Source of the DNA: Spirochaetia bacterium | Lineage (GTDB): Bacteria > Spirochaetota > Spirochaetia > WTKD01 > G963693115 | DNA length: 64,000 nucleotides | Assembly (NCBI GenBank): GCA_965226055.1 | Contig: CBDDCA010000006.1 | Coordinates: 672,001 to 736,000 of the forward strand | Direction: 5' to 3' | Shown: positions 20,385 through 31,582 of the stretch, piece after piece | How the letters are laid out: each line of letters begins with the position of its first letter | Numbering within the stretch: the first letter of the stretch is position 1 | Notes under the pieces: generated by a model | Databases searched by the model: none | What the model was told of the DNA's origin: nothing | What the model saw: only the letters and a program-made list of their open reading frames with translations | Position numbers and translations under genes: made by a program

Positions 20385-22119
20385 ATGGCGGAATTACAAG
20401 CATCACAAATATCCCTTATGAAATTCTTACGAGAAAATCATTTTATTATCCCTGAATATCAGAGAGAATATGCATGGAATAAAGAAAAATGTGAAATATT
20501 ATGGGAAGATGTAAAAAATTTTTGTATAGGTAATTATACTGGAAACAGCTATTTTTTAGGATCATTGATCTTTTTTAAAGATAAAGAAAGTGATTCCTTA
20601 GATATTATTGATGGACAACAGAGAATTACATCCTTTCTTTTGTTATTAAGGGCTTTTTATGCTGTTCTAATAAAAATGTACGAACAAAATCCAAGTGATA
20701 AAGATATTGAAGGGATGAAAATGCAAATAGCCCCTTGTATCTGGCATGGAGTGAGTGCTGTCCAATATAATACCCCTGATTTTGAACGTCCTAGATTAGA
20801 AACGAAAAGAATATATGAAAAAGATAAAGAGGTATTTCGATCAATGTTCTCAGAATCTTCTCCAGAGTTGTTAAAACAAAGAAGCAAGAAAAAGAATAAA
20901 TATCTCATAAATTATAGCCTTTTCTATGAGAAGTTATCACATTTACAGGAAGAAGGAATTCTAAATATAGTTACATTTTTTGAAAAAATAGTAGAAGGTC
21001 TTATCATACTTCCTATAGAGTGCAATAGTTTTGAAATGTCTTTGACTATTTTTTCTACACTCAATGATAGAGGAATGCCTTTGGCAGATCATGATATATT
21101 TAGATCTTACTTGTATCAAAAAGCTCATAAAAAAGGAGAACAAGAGGTACAAAATTTTAAAAATAAATGGAATAAACTGGAGAAATTATGCAAAGAAACA
21201 GAAGGAAAAACAAATATAGATGATATTTTTCAATATAATATGCGTGTTATGAGAGCAGAGAAGGGAGATACAGATACTACTACTATTGGTATCAGGGCAT
21301 TTTACAAGAATGGAAAGTATCTAGATGATACAAATTTATTGTCAACATTAACGAATATTGCTTATTTTTGGAACTATATAGGTACTAATTTTACAGAAAG
21401 GCAAGGTGATGAGGATGCTCCTACCTTTTCTTTTTCTGAAAAAACAAAAAAATACATACAAGCTCTAATGTCGTATCCCAATGATCAGTGGAGGCATGTT
21501 CTCACTATTGCGTGTCATAAATATTTAAAAAAATTAGAAAAAATAGACGAGATAATAATGCCAATAGTGGCAGCACTGTATTATCGCTTTTTAGAAACAA
21601 ATAGCGTAACCTACATAAGACCACTTTGCCTAAGAATAGGTGTAAATATAAAAAAAGAAAAATATATCTTTGAGGATATTTCATTTGATATTAAGGAAGC
21701 AACAATACAAAATGGTATTTCTAGTAGGGTAAGAAGAGGACTTCTCTATCTTGCTACCTATAGCAATAATGAAGAACAAGAGTATATTGATTCTATAGAA
21801 ACATTGAATATTGAACATATTTTTCCACGAAAATGGCAAAATACTAATTATCAAGCTCTAGAGAGAAATTCAGAACAAGCAAAAACATTACTTGAGAATA
21901 TAGGTAACTTAAGTTTGATGGAAAAAAAATTAAATATACAAGCAGGAAATGGGTATTTTGAAAAAAAAGCAAGCTAAATACAAGGATTCAGCGATTAAAG
22001 AACTACGATCAATAGCGGAAAATAATATAAAGTGGGGAAAAGAAGAAATAGAACGAAGAGAGGACAAAATTATCAATTCTCTCCATGATTTTTTTACACG
22101 ACACTTACCTCAAAAATAA
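20385..22119 (+). pseudogene. GmrSD-type (DUF262 + DUF1524/HNH) modification-dependent restriction nuclease, frameshifted at A8 (21961-21968)
   Basis: IPEYQREYAW, YFLGS, IIDGQQRIT, F.TLNDRG.PL...D; HNH-like EHIFP...NIGNL....KLN..AGN. ORF stops at 21977, but removing one A gives ...KQAKYKDSAIKEL...W.KEEIERRE..I...* ending at 22119, which resembles the normal DUF1524 C-terminus. Confidence 0.8.
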
Positions 22120-22142
22120 TATCATACCAGCAATATGTTTTC

Positions 22143-22176
22143 AAAAAAAGGAGAGAAGCAATGCTCTCCTTTTTTT
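22143..22176. terminator. Bidirectional rho-independent terminator
   Basis: A7-GGAGAG-loop-CTCTCC-T7 between the convergent GmrSD gene and eno. Confidence 0.8.
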
Positions 22177-22196
22177 CGTCAGTATCTTAGTATCTA

Positions 22197-23519
<1,323 letters not shown>

Positions 23520-23628
23520 TTATTTCTATTATAGTAGTTTATGCTATTTAATGAGTGCAGAGTATAAGGAAATCTTATAAGTATATAGCATAAGTAATTT
23601 ATTCTGTTTCTTATATAATAGTACATAC

Positions 23629-25749
23629 ATGCAAGATATTCTTGAAACAAAAAATATGCAGGATATATTTTCACAAGTGTTATTTAAGAATGATACTTCT
23701 TTATATCCACGCGAAGAACAACTCCATCTATCAGAAAAAATTGTTGAAACTATTGAAAATGGAGGCTCTTTGATTGCAGAGGCAGGTACAGGAGTAGGAA
23801 AATCCTTTGCATACTTAGTGCCTGCTCTTCTCTATGCTCATCAGGGACATAAGATTATTATCATTACCGCAACAATAAACCTACAACATCAGCTATACGA
23901 TAATGATATTCCGCGATTACAAGCATTGTTAGATACCGATGTTCCTGTAACAGTACTAAAAGGAAAACAAAATTATCTCTGTAAAGACAGAGCGCTCTCT
24001 TTGTTACAACCAAATCAAGAAGAGCTGTTTAGTATAGAAGGAATGCAAGAATTACGTCAGTGGGTACAACAGACTAGCACTGGAGACAAAGAAGAGTTAG
24101 TACAGCAATACAATGTTTCTTCTTTGTTATGGCAAGACATATGCACTGATTCGTATAGCTGTGGTGGAGCAGTATGTGCAAGAAAAAATCATGAAGGATG
24201 CTTTTTTAGTGAAGCAAGAAAAAAAGTGTTTCATGCGGGAATAATAATAACAAACTACAGCATGTTAGCGGTGCATATTCGTACGCTTCTGCAACAAGAT
24301 AGAAAGGATACTGGAAGCACCGAATCAACGCTTCTTCCTGAGGATGCAGTGTATATTTTAGATGAAGCTCATAAGCTCCCTTCTATTATCCGTGAGGGGT
24401 TGAGTGAAGGTATTTCAGAGCAAGAATATCGTCAGGTGCATGATGTATTGATTGGAAAGCATGGAGTCGTTGCTGAAATTCGAAAAAGACAAGGAGAGCT
24501 ACGACAAGATCAAATACAACCGATTTCTTTGTATGAAAAACAGTTTGAGATTGTATTACAGCAGATAGTAACACTTACGAATGTTGTAACAGAATATATG
24601 CATCGTTCTTCTGAAGCACAAAGAAGTGCAATCTCTGTAAGTATGAATTTTGACATTATCCTCAACGATAGATCTATTTCGGATACTGCAATATCTCTCT
24701 TTGGTGAGCTTTCAAAACATATAGATGTATTGATACAGCGTGTATCTCAAATCAAAGATGCGTTTCCCAGTGAGGTAGCTCTTGAAAATGCTATACAAAG
24801 CCAATGTCGTTGGTGGGAACAACAACAGGTGCTTTGTTTACAGTTTAGTGAACACGCAAATAATTCATCATTTATACGATGGTGTGAATTACGAGAAGAA
24901 AAAAAACAAGTGGGGCTTAGTTTTTTTACTACACAGCTTACTGTAAACAATGTTCTTGAACAGCATTTTTTTAACAAAATTCCAGTAAGCATATGTACAA
25001 GTGCTACATTATCAACATTTAAGACCTTTGAGTTTTGGAAGCGACAAACAGGGACAGAACATGTTACAAACACAGTCCTTTTGCCATCTCCTTTTCCTTA
25101 TAAAGAGAGGGTACTTCTTTCTATTCCAACCGATGCTCCCAGTGTACAGGATCATCAGCAGTATGTATACTATTTACAGTCGCAGCTTACAAAGCTCATA
25201 CAGCTTGCAGATGGTAAAACATTGATATTATGCACGAGTAACGCAATGGTATATCAGATAAGCACATTCTTAAAAACACAATTTCAAAATAGTGCATGGA
25301 ACATACTTGCACAAGATGGAAGCACAAGTACTACAATGTTGGCAAAACAATTTCGAGAAGATATACACAGTGTACTCATAGCAACGAATAGCTTTTGGGA
25401 AGGATTTGATGCACCGGGAGAAACACTTCGTTTGCTTGTTCTTACGCGTATTCCTTTTACTTCTCCCTCCAATCTTTTTTTTAAGGAAGAAAGTCGCATG
25501 TTAGAACAGTATGGAAAAAATCCTTTTTTTTCTCTTTCTCTTCCACAAGCCGAAATGCGATTACGACAAGGGTTCGGAAGACTTATGAGGCATCATAATG
25601 ACGGAGGGGTTGTGTTTATTTCAGATAACAGAATGCTCAGTAAAAAGTATGGGAATCAGCTTATTGATACATTGCCAGAATGTAAAACCTGCTTTCAAAA
25701 TACAGATACAATTCTTGCGGAAATAAAAAATCATTTGATGACTTTATAG
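23629..25749 (+). CDS. DinG/YoaA-family ATP-dependent DNA helicase
   Basis: EAGTGVGKS, KGKQNYLC plus Cys cluster (Fe-S), DEAH, TSATL, SPF.Y, FWEGFD.PG, QGFGRLMR. Confidence 0.9.
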   Translation: MQDILETKNMQDIFSQVLFKNDTSLYPREEQLHLSEKIVETIENGGSLIAEAGTGVGKSFAYLVPALLYAHQGHKIIIITATINLQHQLYDNDIPRLQALLDTDVPVTVLKGKQNYLCKDRALSLLQPNQEELFSIEGMQELRQWVQQTSTGDKEELVQQYNVSSLLWQDICTDSYSCGGAVCARKNHEGCFFSEARKKVFHAGIIITNYSMLAVHIRTLLQQDRKDTGSTESTLLPEDAVYILDEAHKLPSIIREGLSEGISEQEYRQVHDVLIGKHGVVAEIRKRQGELRQDQIQPISLYEKQFEIVLQQIVTLTNVVTEYMHRSSEAQRSAISVSMNFDIILNDRSISDTAISLFGELSKHIDVLIQRVSQIKDAFPSEVALENAIQSQCRWWEQQQVLCLQFSEHANNSSFIRWCELREEKKQVGLSFFTTQLTVNNVLEQHFFNKIPVSICTSATLSTFKTFEFWKRQTGTEHVTNTVLLPSPFPYKERVLLSIPTDAPSVQDHQQYVYYLQSQLTKLIQLADGKTLILCTSNAMVYQISTFLKTQFQNSAWNILAQDGSTSTTMLAKQFREDIHSVLIATNSFWEGFDAPGETLRLLVLTRIPFTSPSNLFFKEESRMLEQYGKNPFFSLSLPQAEMRLRQGFGRLMRHHNDGGVVFISDNRMLSKKYGNQLIDTLPECKTCFQNTDTILAEIKNHLMTL

Positions 25750-25761
25750 TATACTATATAC

Positions 25762-26523
25762 ATGCTAGGAAAAATATCACTATATGGTGCCGGAAAAACT
25801 GGCATTCAGGCACTTGTATATTTACTGAAAAAAATTCAAATGCCTATTGTTTTTTACGATGAAAATACAAGCTATGTACAAGGAATCAGTCTTGATGCTA
25901 TGCAGTCTACTGTGTTAGTACAAAGTAATACATATGTACAAGTAGCACATGATGCAAGTGAGTTAGAAAATGCAAATGTACTCATTGTATGTGAAAACAC
26001 TGAGAATAAAGTAGCTATAGATTGGTCTGTGGTAGCAAAAAGTGCTTCGATAATAATCATTGCAACACAGGATACCTCAGTCATCAACGATGCAATACAA
26101 GCTGGTATTTCAAAAGAAAAGATTTTGGGAGTGCATGGTGTTGCTGATGCAGGTGTGTTATGTTCTTCTGCTGCAAACATTCTTGCAATATCCTCTTTAG
26201 ATATTCAAGCTATGGTATTTGGGGGAATAGCAAAAGATTTTAAGAGTAATCCGTCCTTTGTGAGAGCAGGGGGTATTCCTATAGACGAAATACAAGCAGG
26301 GAGCTATGAACAAGCCCTACAGCATGCGAAAAAAACGGTATTTTCTCTATATGGAGAGCTATGGAGTCACCATTACAGGCTTTCAAGTGCAGCAGTTCGC
26401 TTAGTAACTGTATTACTGAGTGGACAAACAACTCTTTTGCCTATTACCAGTACAGATACTACTATACCAGCCCTTGTGAACAATGCGGGAGTTATACAAT
26501 GGTATCCTGAGCTTTGTAAATAA
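25762..26523 (+). CDS. Degenerate malate/lactate dehydrogenase-like protein (probably non-catalytic)
   Basis: KISLYGAGKTG Rossmann motif, GISLD, K..ILG..GV.D, IQAMVFGG, GGIP: colinear with the adjacent mdh but lacking the substrate loop and catalytic His. Confidence 0.65.
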   Translation: MLGKISLYGAGKTGIQALVYLLKKIQMPIVFYDENTSYVQGISLDAMQSTVLVQSNTYVQVAHDASELENANVLIVCENTENKVAIDWSVVAKSASIIIIATQDTSVINDAIQAGISKEKILGVHGVADAGVLCSSAANILAISSLDIQAMVFGGIAKDFKSNPSFVRAGGIPIDEIQAGSYEQALQHAKKTVFSLYGELWSHHYRLSSAAVRLVTVLLSGQTTLLPITSTDTTIPALVNNAGVIQWYPELCK

Positions 26524-26539
26524 TAATGATAAGGATGTA

Positions 26540-27517
26540 ATGATGAAACAAAAAAAAATTACTATTATTGGTGGAGGAAATGTAGGAGCGTCTGTTGCTC
26601 ATTATGTAGCACAGACAGTAGAAGGCTCTCACCAAGTACCTAATACTATTGTGCAAATTATTGATATTGTACCTCATTTAACTCAAGAAAAAGCGTTTGA
26701 TTTTAATATAGCAGCAAATTTTGTGCCGTATAAATCGGTATTTGAAAGCAGCGAAACACTTTCGGATATGAAAGATGCCGATATTGTAGTCCATACTGCA
26801 GGTATAGCACGAAAACCAGGAATGGATAGGTTAGATCTTATAAAAACAAATGTAAAAATTGCCCGTGAAGCATCACAAGCAATAAAAACATATGCTCCTA
26901 ATGCTATTGTAATTGTTGTTGCAAATCCACTTGATGTTATAGCAATGACCTGCTTTAAGGAAACAGGGTTTCCTAAAGAACGGGTTATTGGTATGGCAGG
27001 AGTCTTGGATAGTGCAAGGAATAGTTTTTTTATAGCAGAAGCAATAGGAAAGAAATATAAGGTAGCTCCTGTACAGAGCAGTCAAGTGGATACACAGGTA
27101 TTAGGGGGACATGGTGATGCAATGGTACCCTTAACACAATATTCTTCTGTTGCTGGTGTCCCTGCACATATGTTTTTAGAGAATGAGCAGCTTACACAGT
27201 TAGAAGATCGTACTTGTCATGGTGGAGCAGAGATAGTAGGGTATCTTAAAACAGGGAGTGCTTTTTATGCACCAGCAGCTTCAGTAAATCAAATGATAAC
27301 CGCTATAATTCTTAGTGAAAAACGTATTGTGCCTGCATCGGTATATTTGAACGGAGAATATGGCTATAAAGATATATTCTTAGGAGTGCCTATTATCATG
27401 GGGAGCAAAGGAATAGAAAAAATTATAGAGTTACCTCTTAATGAAAAACAAAAAGAATTCATGCAAAGCTCTGTAAAAATGGTGCAATCAGGGTTAGAAC
27501 AGCTTAATACTCTGTAG
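26540..27517 (+). CDS. mdh: Malate dehydrogenase (LDH-like type)
   Basis: IIGGGNVG, TAGIARKPGMDR.DL, VANPLD, GMAGVLDSAR, VLGGHGD, GGAEIV..LKTGSAFYAPA; start moved to ATG 26540/26543. Confidence 0.92.
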   Translation: MMKQKKITIIGGGNVGASVAHYVAQTVEGSHQVPNTIVQIIDIVPHLTQEKAFDFNIAANFVPYKSVFESSETLSDMKDADIVVHTAGIARKPGMDRLDLIKTNVKIAREASQAIKTYAPNAIVIVVANPLDVIAMTCFKETGFPKERVIGMAGVLDSARNSFFIAEAIGKKYKVAPVQSSQVDTQVLGGHGDAMVPLTQYSSVAGVPAHMFLENEQLTQLEDRTCHGGAEIVGYLKTGSAFYAPAASVNQMITAIILSEKRIVPASVYLNGEYGYKDIFLGVPIIMGSKGIEKIIELPLNEKQKEFMQSSVKMVQSGLEQLNTL

Positions 27518-27536
27518 TATACTGAAATGCGTTTGT

Positions 27537-28298
27537 ATGTGTTTGAAAAATAGTATTGTTTCTCCTAAAAAAGACGAGTATGCTTGTATCATCATTGGTG
27601 ATGAAATACTTGATGGGCATGTTGATGAATGCAATATGTCAGTGCTTATTCATAACTTATATCCTTTAGGATATAGGCTACAAGAGCTTCGTATTGTATC
27701 AGATGATATTGACTCTTTAAGTCTTGCTATCAATGAAGTGCGTAAAAAATTTCATATGCTTATTACCATTGGTGGATTAGGAGCAACACATGATGATAGA
27801 ACTATGGCAGCGTTTGCGAAAAGTTTTCAACAGGAGCTTGTCATACATCAAGATATGCTTCGGTTTTTATATCAGCGTCCACGTACAACAAAGGAAATGC
27901 AAGAGGCGGTAACTCGTATGAGTACCATGCCAAAAGAAACAGAGATTATTCAGCTAGACGATAGGTGGCCAATTATCAAAATTGATAATTGTTTTGCTCT
28001 GCCGGGACTCCCCAGTATTTGCAAAGTTACTATTGAAAAACTAGCAAAAGTGCTTCCAAACCAAAATAAGACTTTTTATAAGGAATGTTTTGTCAATATT
28101 CGAGAATACCAATATTTTTCATGGCTTGAAACATTCTCAAAAAAATGGAAAGCAATAACAATAGGATCCTATCCTATACAAGAAAAGGGAAATATAGTGT
28201 CTAAAATTTCTATTACAGGAAAAGAAAATACTACTGTAGATGCCTGTTATAATGAAATTGTTATGTATTTTACATCAAAAAATGCAATTATCACTTAA
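27537..28298 (+). CDS. CinA-like molybdopterin-binding-domain protein
   Basis: IIIGDEIL.G.V.E.N, V.DD, GGLGATHDDRT, LPGLP motifs. Confidence 0.8.
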   Translation: MCLKNSIVSPKKDEYACIIIGDEILDGHVDECNMSVLIHNLYPLGYRLQELRIVSDDIDSLSLAINEVRKKFHMLITIGGLGATHDDRTMAAFAKSFQQELVIHQDMLRFLYQRPRTTKEMQEAVTRMSTMPKETEIIQLDDRWPIIKIDNCFALPGLPSICKVTIEKLAKVLPNQNKTFYKECFVNIREYQYFSWLETFSKKWKAITIGSYPIQEKGNIVSKISITGKENTTVDACYNEIVMYFTSKNAIIT

Positions 28299-28300
28299 TT

Positions 28301-28999
28301 ATGTCTTTATATACACACATAGGATCGCTTGATTCGAATATTACAAAGCCCATAGGTATTTTCTTGCATGGCTTTGGTGCAAATGCACAAAACATATACC
28401 CTGTGGCAGATTCTTTTACCGAAGTAATAGAGGACTGGTATCTTCCAGAAGGGATAATTGATTTAAGTGCCTATACAGGATATGCTGGAAGAGCATGGTT
28501 TCCTAATACACTTGCAGATATACACGCTGCGTTACAAGGAGAATACTGGAAGCGCTTATCTTTGCTTGATGATCCTAGCATTCTTCATGCAGCAGAACAT
28601 GTTTATGCACATATCACAGAGCTTGGGTTATTGCATCGTCCAATTGTGTTAGCAGGATTTAGCCAAGGAGCAATGATGTGTACCGAACTTGCGTTATTGT
28701 TCTTACAACACTCAATTCCTATTTCGGCTATTATTTTGTTTTCAGGATCTCTTATTGCACAACAACGATGGAACGATACTATGAAATCATATGAAACAGC
28801 AACATTAGTACAGACAATGCCTATTATTCAATTTCATGGAAACGAAGATGCTGTGTTATCGCTTGCAAATGGAGAGGCATTGTATTCTTTTTGGAAACAA
28901 TATACCAATGCTATTCAATTTCACATTTTTGATGGAATGCACACTATTCCTCTCTCTGCTATTTTGAAAGCAAAGCAATTTCTTCGTGATGTACTTTAG
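28301..28999 (+). CDS. Alpha/beta hydrolase (phospholipase/carboxylesterase family)
   Basis: LHGFGAN, nucleophile GFSQGA, HGNEDAV, G.HTIP catalytic triad. Confidence 0.88.
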   Translation: MSLYTHIGSLDSNITKPIGIFLHGFGANAQNIYPVADSFTEVIEDWYLPEGIIDLSAYTGYAGRAWFPNTLADIHAALQGEYWKRLSLLDDPSILHAAEHVYAHITELGLLHRPIVLAGFSQGAMMCTELALLFLQHSIPISAIILFSGSLIAQQRWNDTMKSYETATLVQTMPIIQFHGNEDAVLSLANGEALYSFWKQYTNAIQFHIFDGMHTIPLSAILKAKQFLRDVL

Positions 29000-29051
29000 T
29001 AAGGGTTTTTTGCTATTACCGTTACAAAGCAATATTGTATGTGCTTATCTT

Positions 29052-29855
29052 TTATTGTTTCATTTTTAGTAATTGGATAGGGAGATTACTCAATAGCGTT
29101 TCTCTTAAAGATAATGTAATGTAGTACGGTGTACTGTTGTGTTTATCGATAAAATACCAAGTTCCTGGAAAGAACAAAGATATCTCTTTTGTCTCTGGAG
29201 TAATATGAGGTATCCAAAGAGAAGTGCTTATAAGATTCATAGTGTGAGGAGATAGTGATAGTTTTATACTTTTTTTAGCTTTAACACTCCAGTAATTAAA
29301 TGTGTTGTCTGCTATATCCTGTATTATTTCTAATTTTTCTATGGGGGCATGGGGTGATTTTTTTTCTATAGTGGATAGAAGTTTTTTATTGTTCAAGAGT
29401 TCTGCTGTAACTTTTCTTGCATAAAGAAAAAGAAGAAGCTCAGAGCTTTGTGCTTTAGAGGTAAATTCTAACATAATTTTGTTTTCGACCATATCATAGG
29501 GAGCAGTTGCTCCTGCCGATAAAGGGCAATAAAATAAAGTGCTGTGTATATGTTTCTGTTGTTTCTGTAAATGCATGCCTTCGTATTCTACGCATGCTAG
29601 TAATGGCATATTTTGTATTTTTTGTAATTCTATTGTGATAGATCCATTAAGTGTAGCAGTAGTATGAGAAACAGTGTTTTTGTTTCCAATATAGTATATT
29701 ATCCATTGTTTTTGGGCTTTTGCAATATATTCTGTAGGGATAGTGGGTACTTGTACTTCAACGGTGATAGTCTGAAACAAGTGTTCACAAGAGAATATGT
29801 GTATTGATAGCATAACAACAAAGAAGAGTTTACACACTATATGCTTCTGTTTCAT
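29052..29855 (-). CDS. Hypothetical lipoprotein
   Basis: Basic N-terminus, hydrophobic stretch and spirochaete-type lipobox IFS-C; 267 aa ORF co-directional with upstream genes. Confidence 0.6.
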   Translation of the reverse strand: MKQKHIVCKLFFVVMLSIHIFSCEHLFQTITVEVQVPTIPTEYIAKAQKQWIIYYIGNKNTVSHTTATLNGSITIELQKIQNMPLLACVEYEGMHLQKQQKHIHSTLFYCPLSAGATAPYDMVENKIMLEFTSKAQSSELLLFLYARKVTAELLNNKKLLSTIEKKSPHAPIEKLEIIQDIADNTFNYWSVKAKKSIKLSLSPHTMNLISTSLWIPHITPETKEISLFFPGTWYFIDKHNSTPYYITLSLRETLLSNLPIQLLKMKQ

Positions 29856-29897
29856 ATATGTGATACTATAAAAACATCGTCTTTGATTTATAAAAAA

Positions 29898-30821
29898 CTA
29901 AGAAAATGAAAAATGTAACAAAGATGTGTCTGTTTTTAAGAAAGTGCCTATGATATGAAAAGAAACAACTAATTTTTGTATTTTTTGTAAACAGCGTTGT
30001 AATGTTTTCTGTGTAATAGTATAATCTAATTCTACGACAAACTGATATGCCCATGGCTTTCCGATAATAGGGCGTGATTCTATTTTATGTAAGTTTATAT
30101 CATATTGTGCGAAAATTTCTAAACAATGAAGTAAAGAGCCAGTTTCATCTTTTACTGAAAAGATAATAAGTCCGGCGTATCGTTGTTTTTCCTGTGTACG
30201 AGATACTGTATAGGATGCAGTTTCTTTGTGTGTTATAATAGCAAATCGTGTGTAATTGTGTGAATGTGATTCTATGCCTTCTTTTAATATTTTTAAGTTA
30301 TATATGTCTGCTGCTTTTTTTGAGGCAATGGCTGCATTATAGGGCTTGTTTTCTTTGGCAACATATTGTACTGCTGCAGCGGTATCCCTAAAAGGCACTA
30401 CTGTCCAGTGTTTATGTCGATTTAGATATTCTTGACATTGTCCAATACCGGGTAATTGTGAATACACAGTAGTAATATCACGTATAGCAGTATGCGGTAA
30501 CCCTATAAGATTATGCACAATCCGTAAGGTAATATCTGCAATAGCACGTATGTCAGTAAAACGCAAAAAATTGTCAAAAGAATCAAACACAGTACCAATT
30601 AAAGTATTTTCTATTGGGATAACAGCGTAGGTACAGGTTTTTTCTGATATAGCTGTAAACACTTGCTCAAAAGTATGAAATGCCTTTCGAGAAATAGATG
30701 CTCCAAAACATTGTTCTACTGCCTGCTCACTAAAAGAGCCTCTACTTCCTTGAAATGCTACTGAAGTATGTTTATGTAAAGAAGGAAGGGTAATGTTTGT
30801 GTCGTTTGAATGTGAAGCCAT
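29898..30821 (-). CDS. pheA: Prephenate dehydratase with ACT domain
   Basis: VAFQG..GSFSE, PIENT..G, DTAAA, AAIAS, NYTRF, INL.KIESRP. Confidence 0.9.
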   Translation of the reverse strand: MASHSNDTNITLPSLHKHTSVAFQGSRGSFSEQAVEQCFGASISRKAFHTFEQVFTAISEKTCTYAVIPIENTLIGTVFDSFDNFLRFTDIRAIADITLRIVHNLIGLPHTAIRDITTVYSQLPGIGQCQEYLNRHKHWTVVPFRDTAAAVQYVAKENKPYNAAIASKKAADIYNLKILKEGIESHSHNYTRFAIITHKETASYTVSRTQEKQRYAGLIIFSVKDETGSLLHCLEIFAQYDINLHKIESRPIIGKPWAYQFVVELDYTITQKTLQRCLQKIQKLVVSFHIIGTFLKTDTSLLHFSFS

Positions 30822-30829
30822 GATAAATA

Positions 30830-31582
30830 TTATATTTCTTCCGTATTGATAAGAGGATATTTTTCTTTCATATATTGAGAAAATTTTTGTATAAGAATGG
30901 TAGTATATCTATTTATTTTTTTTATATAGTTTTGTGTAGTGAGAGGAATAATACCTCGTAATGGTCGACTTGGGCCTGCATTGTATACTGCAAGGGCTTT
31001 GTCTGTGTTGTTCATAAGAGAGTATGCGTATTTTAGGTATTGGGTTCCTAGCATAACATTTGTCTCTAAATCAAATAACTCTTCTTGTGTTAAATGTCTA
31101 AATGTTCTTGAATTTAATTGAAATAAACCAAAATCCTGTGAGGTGCTATTTGAGTTTGAAGCATTAGGGTTAAAGTTACTCTCAGTAAACACAAGAGCAA
31201 ATACTGTTTCAATGGGTAAATGCTCCTTTTCTATAAAAAATAAAATTGTTTCTGTTATTTTCTGTGAGCCTACTGTTTCTACAAGAAAATTATATACATC
31301 ATCTTGAATAAGCGGTTCTTCATATAAGGCACTGATAGGCCTTTCACTGTTGAGGTATGTCCGTACCTGTAATGCTAATTGGCTAGCTGAATGAGCATGA
31401 TTACTGTATTGTATTTGTGGTATTTGTTCGGTAATTGTTGTATTGAGTTCGTTGCTGTTTTTTATAGAGATCATGTTTTTAGTATGGTATTCACTTCCTC
31501 CTTGAAAAAGCAAAGCAATAAACATCAAGCATATGATGATATTTTTTTTTGAAACAAAACGAGAATATATTGTATAGTTCAT
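30830..31582 (-). CDS. Lytic transglycosylase (SLT domain)
   Basis: ESNFNP.A, D.GLFQLN, N..LG..YL, AL.VYNAG motifs; N-terminal TM/signal. Confidence 0.85.
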   Translation of the reverse strand: MNYTIYSRFVSKKNIIICLMFIALLFQGGSEYHTKNMISIKNSNELNTTITEQIPQIQYSNHAHSASQLALQVRTYLNSERPISALYEEPLIQDDVYNFLVETVGSQKITETILFFIEKEHLPIETVFALVFTESNFNPNASNSNSTSQDFGLFQLNSRTFRHLTQEELFDLETNVMLGTQYLKYAYSLMNNTDKALAVYNAGPSRPLRGIIPLTTQNYIKKINRYTTILIQKFSQYMKEKYPLINTEEI

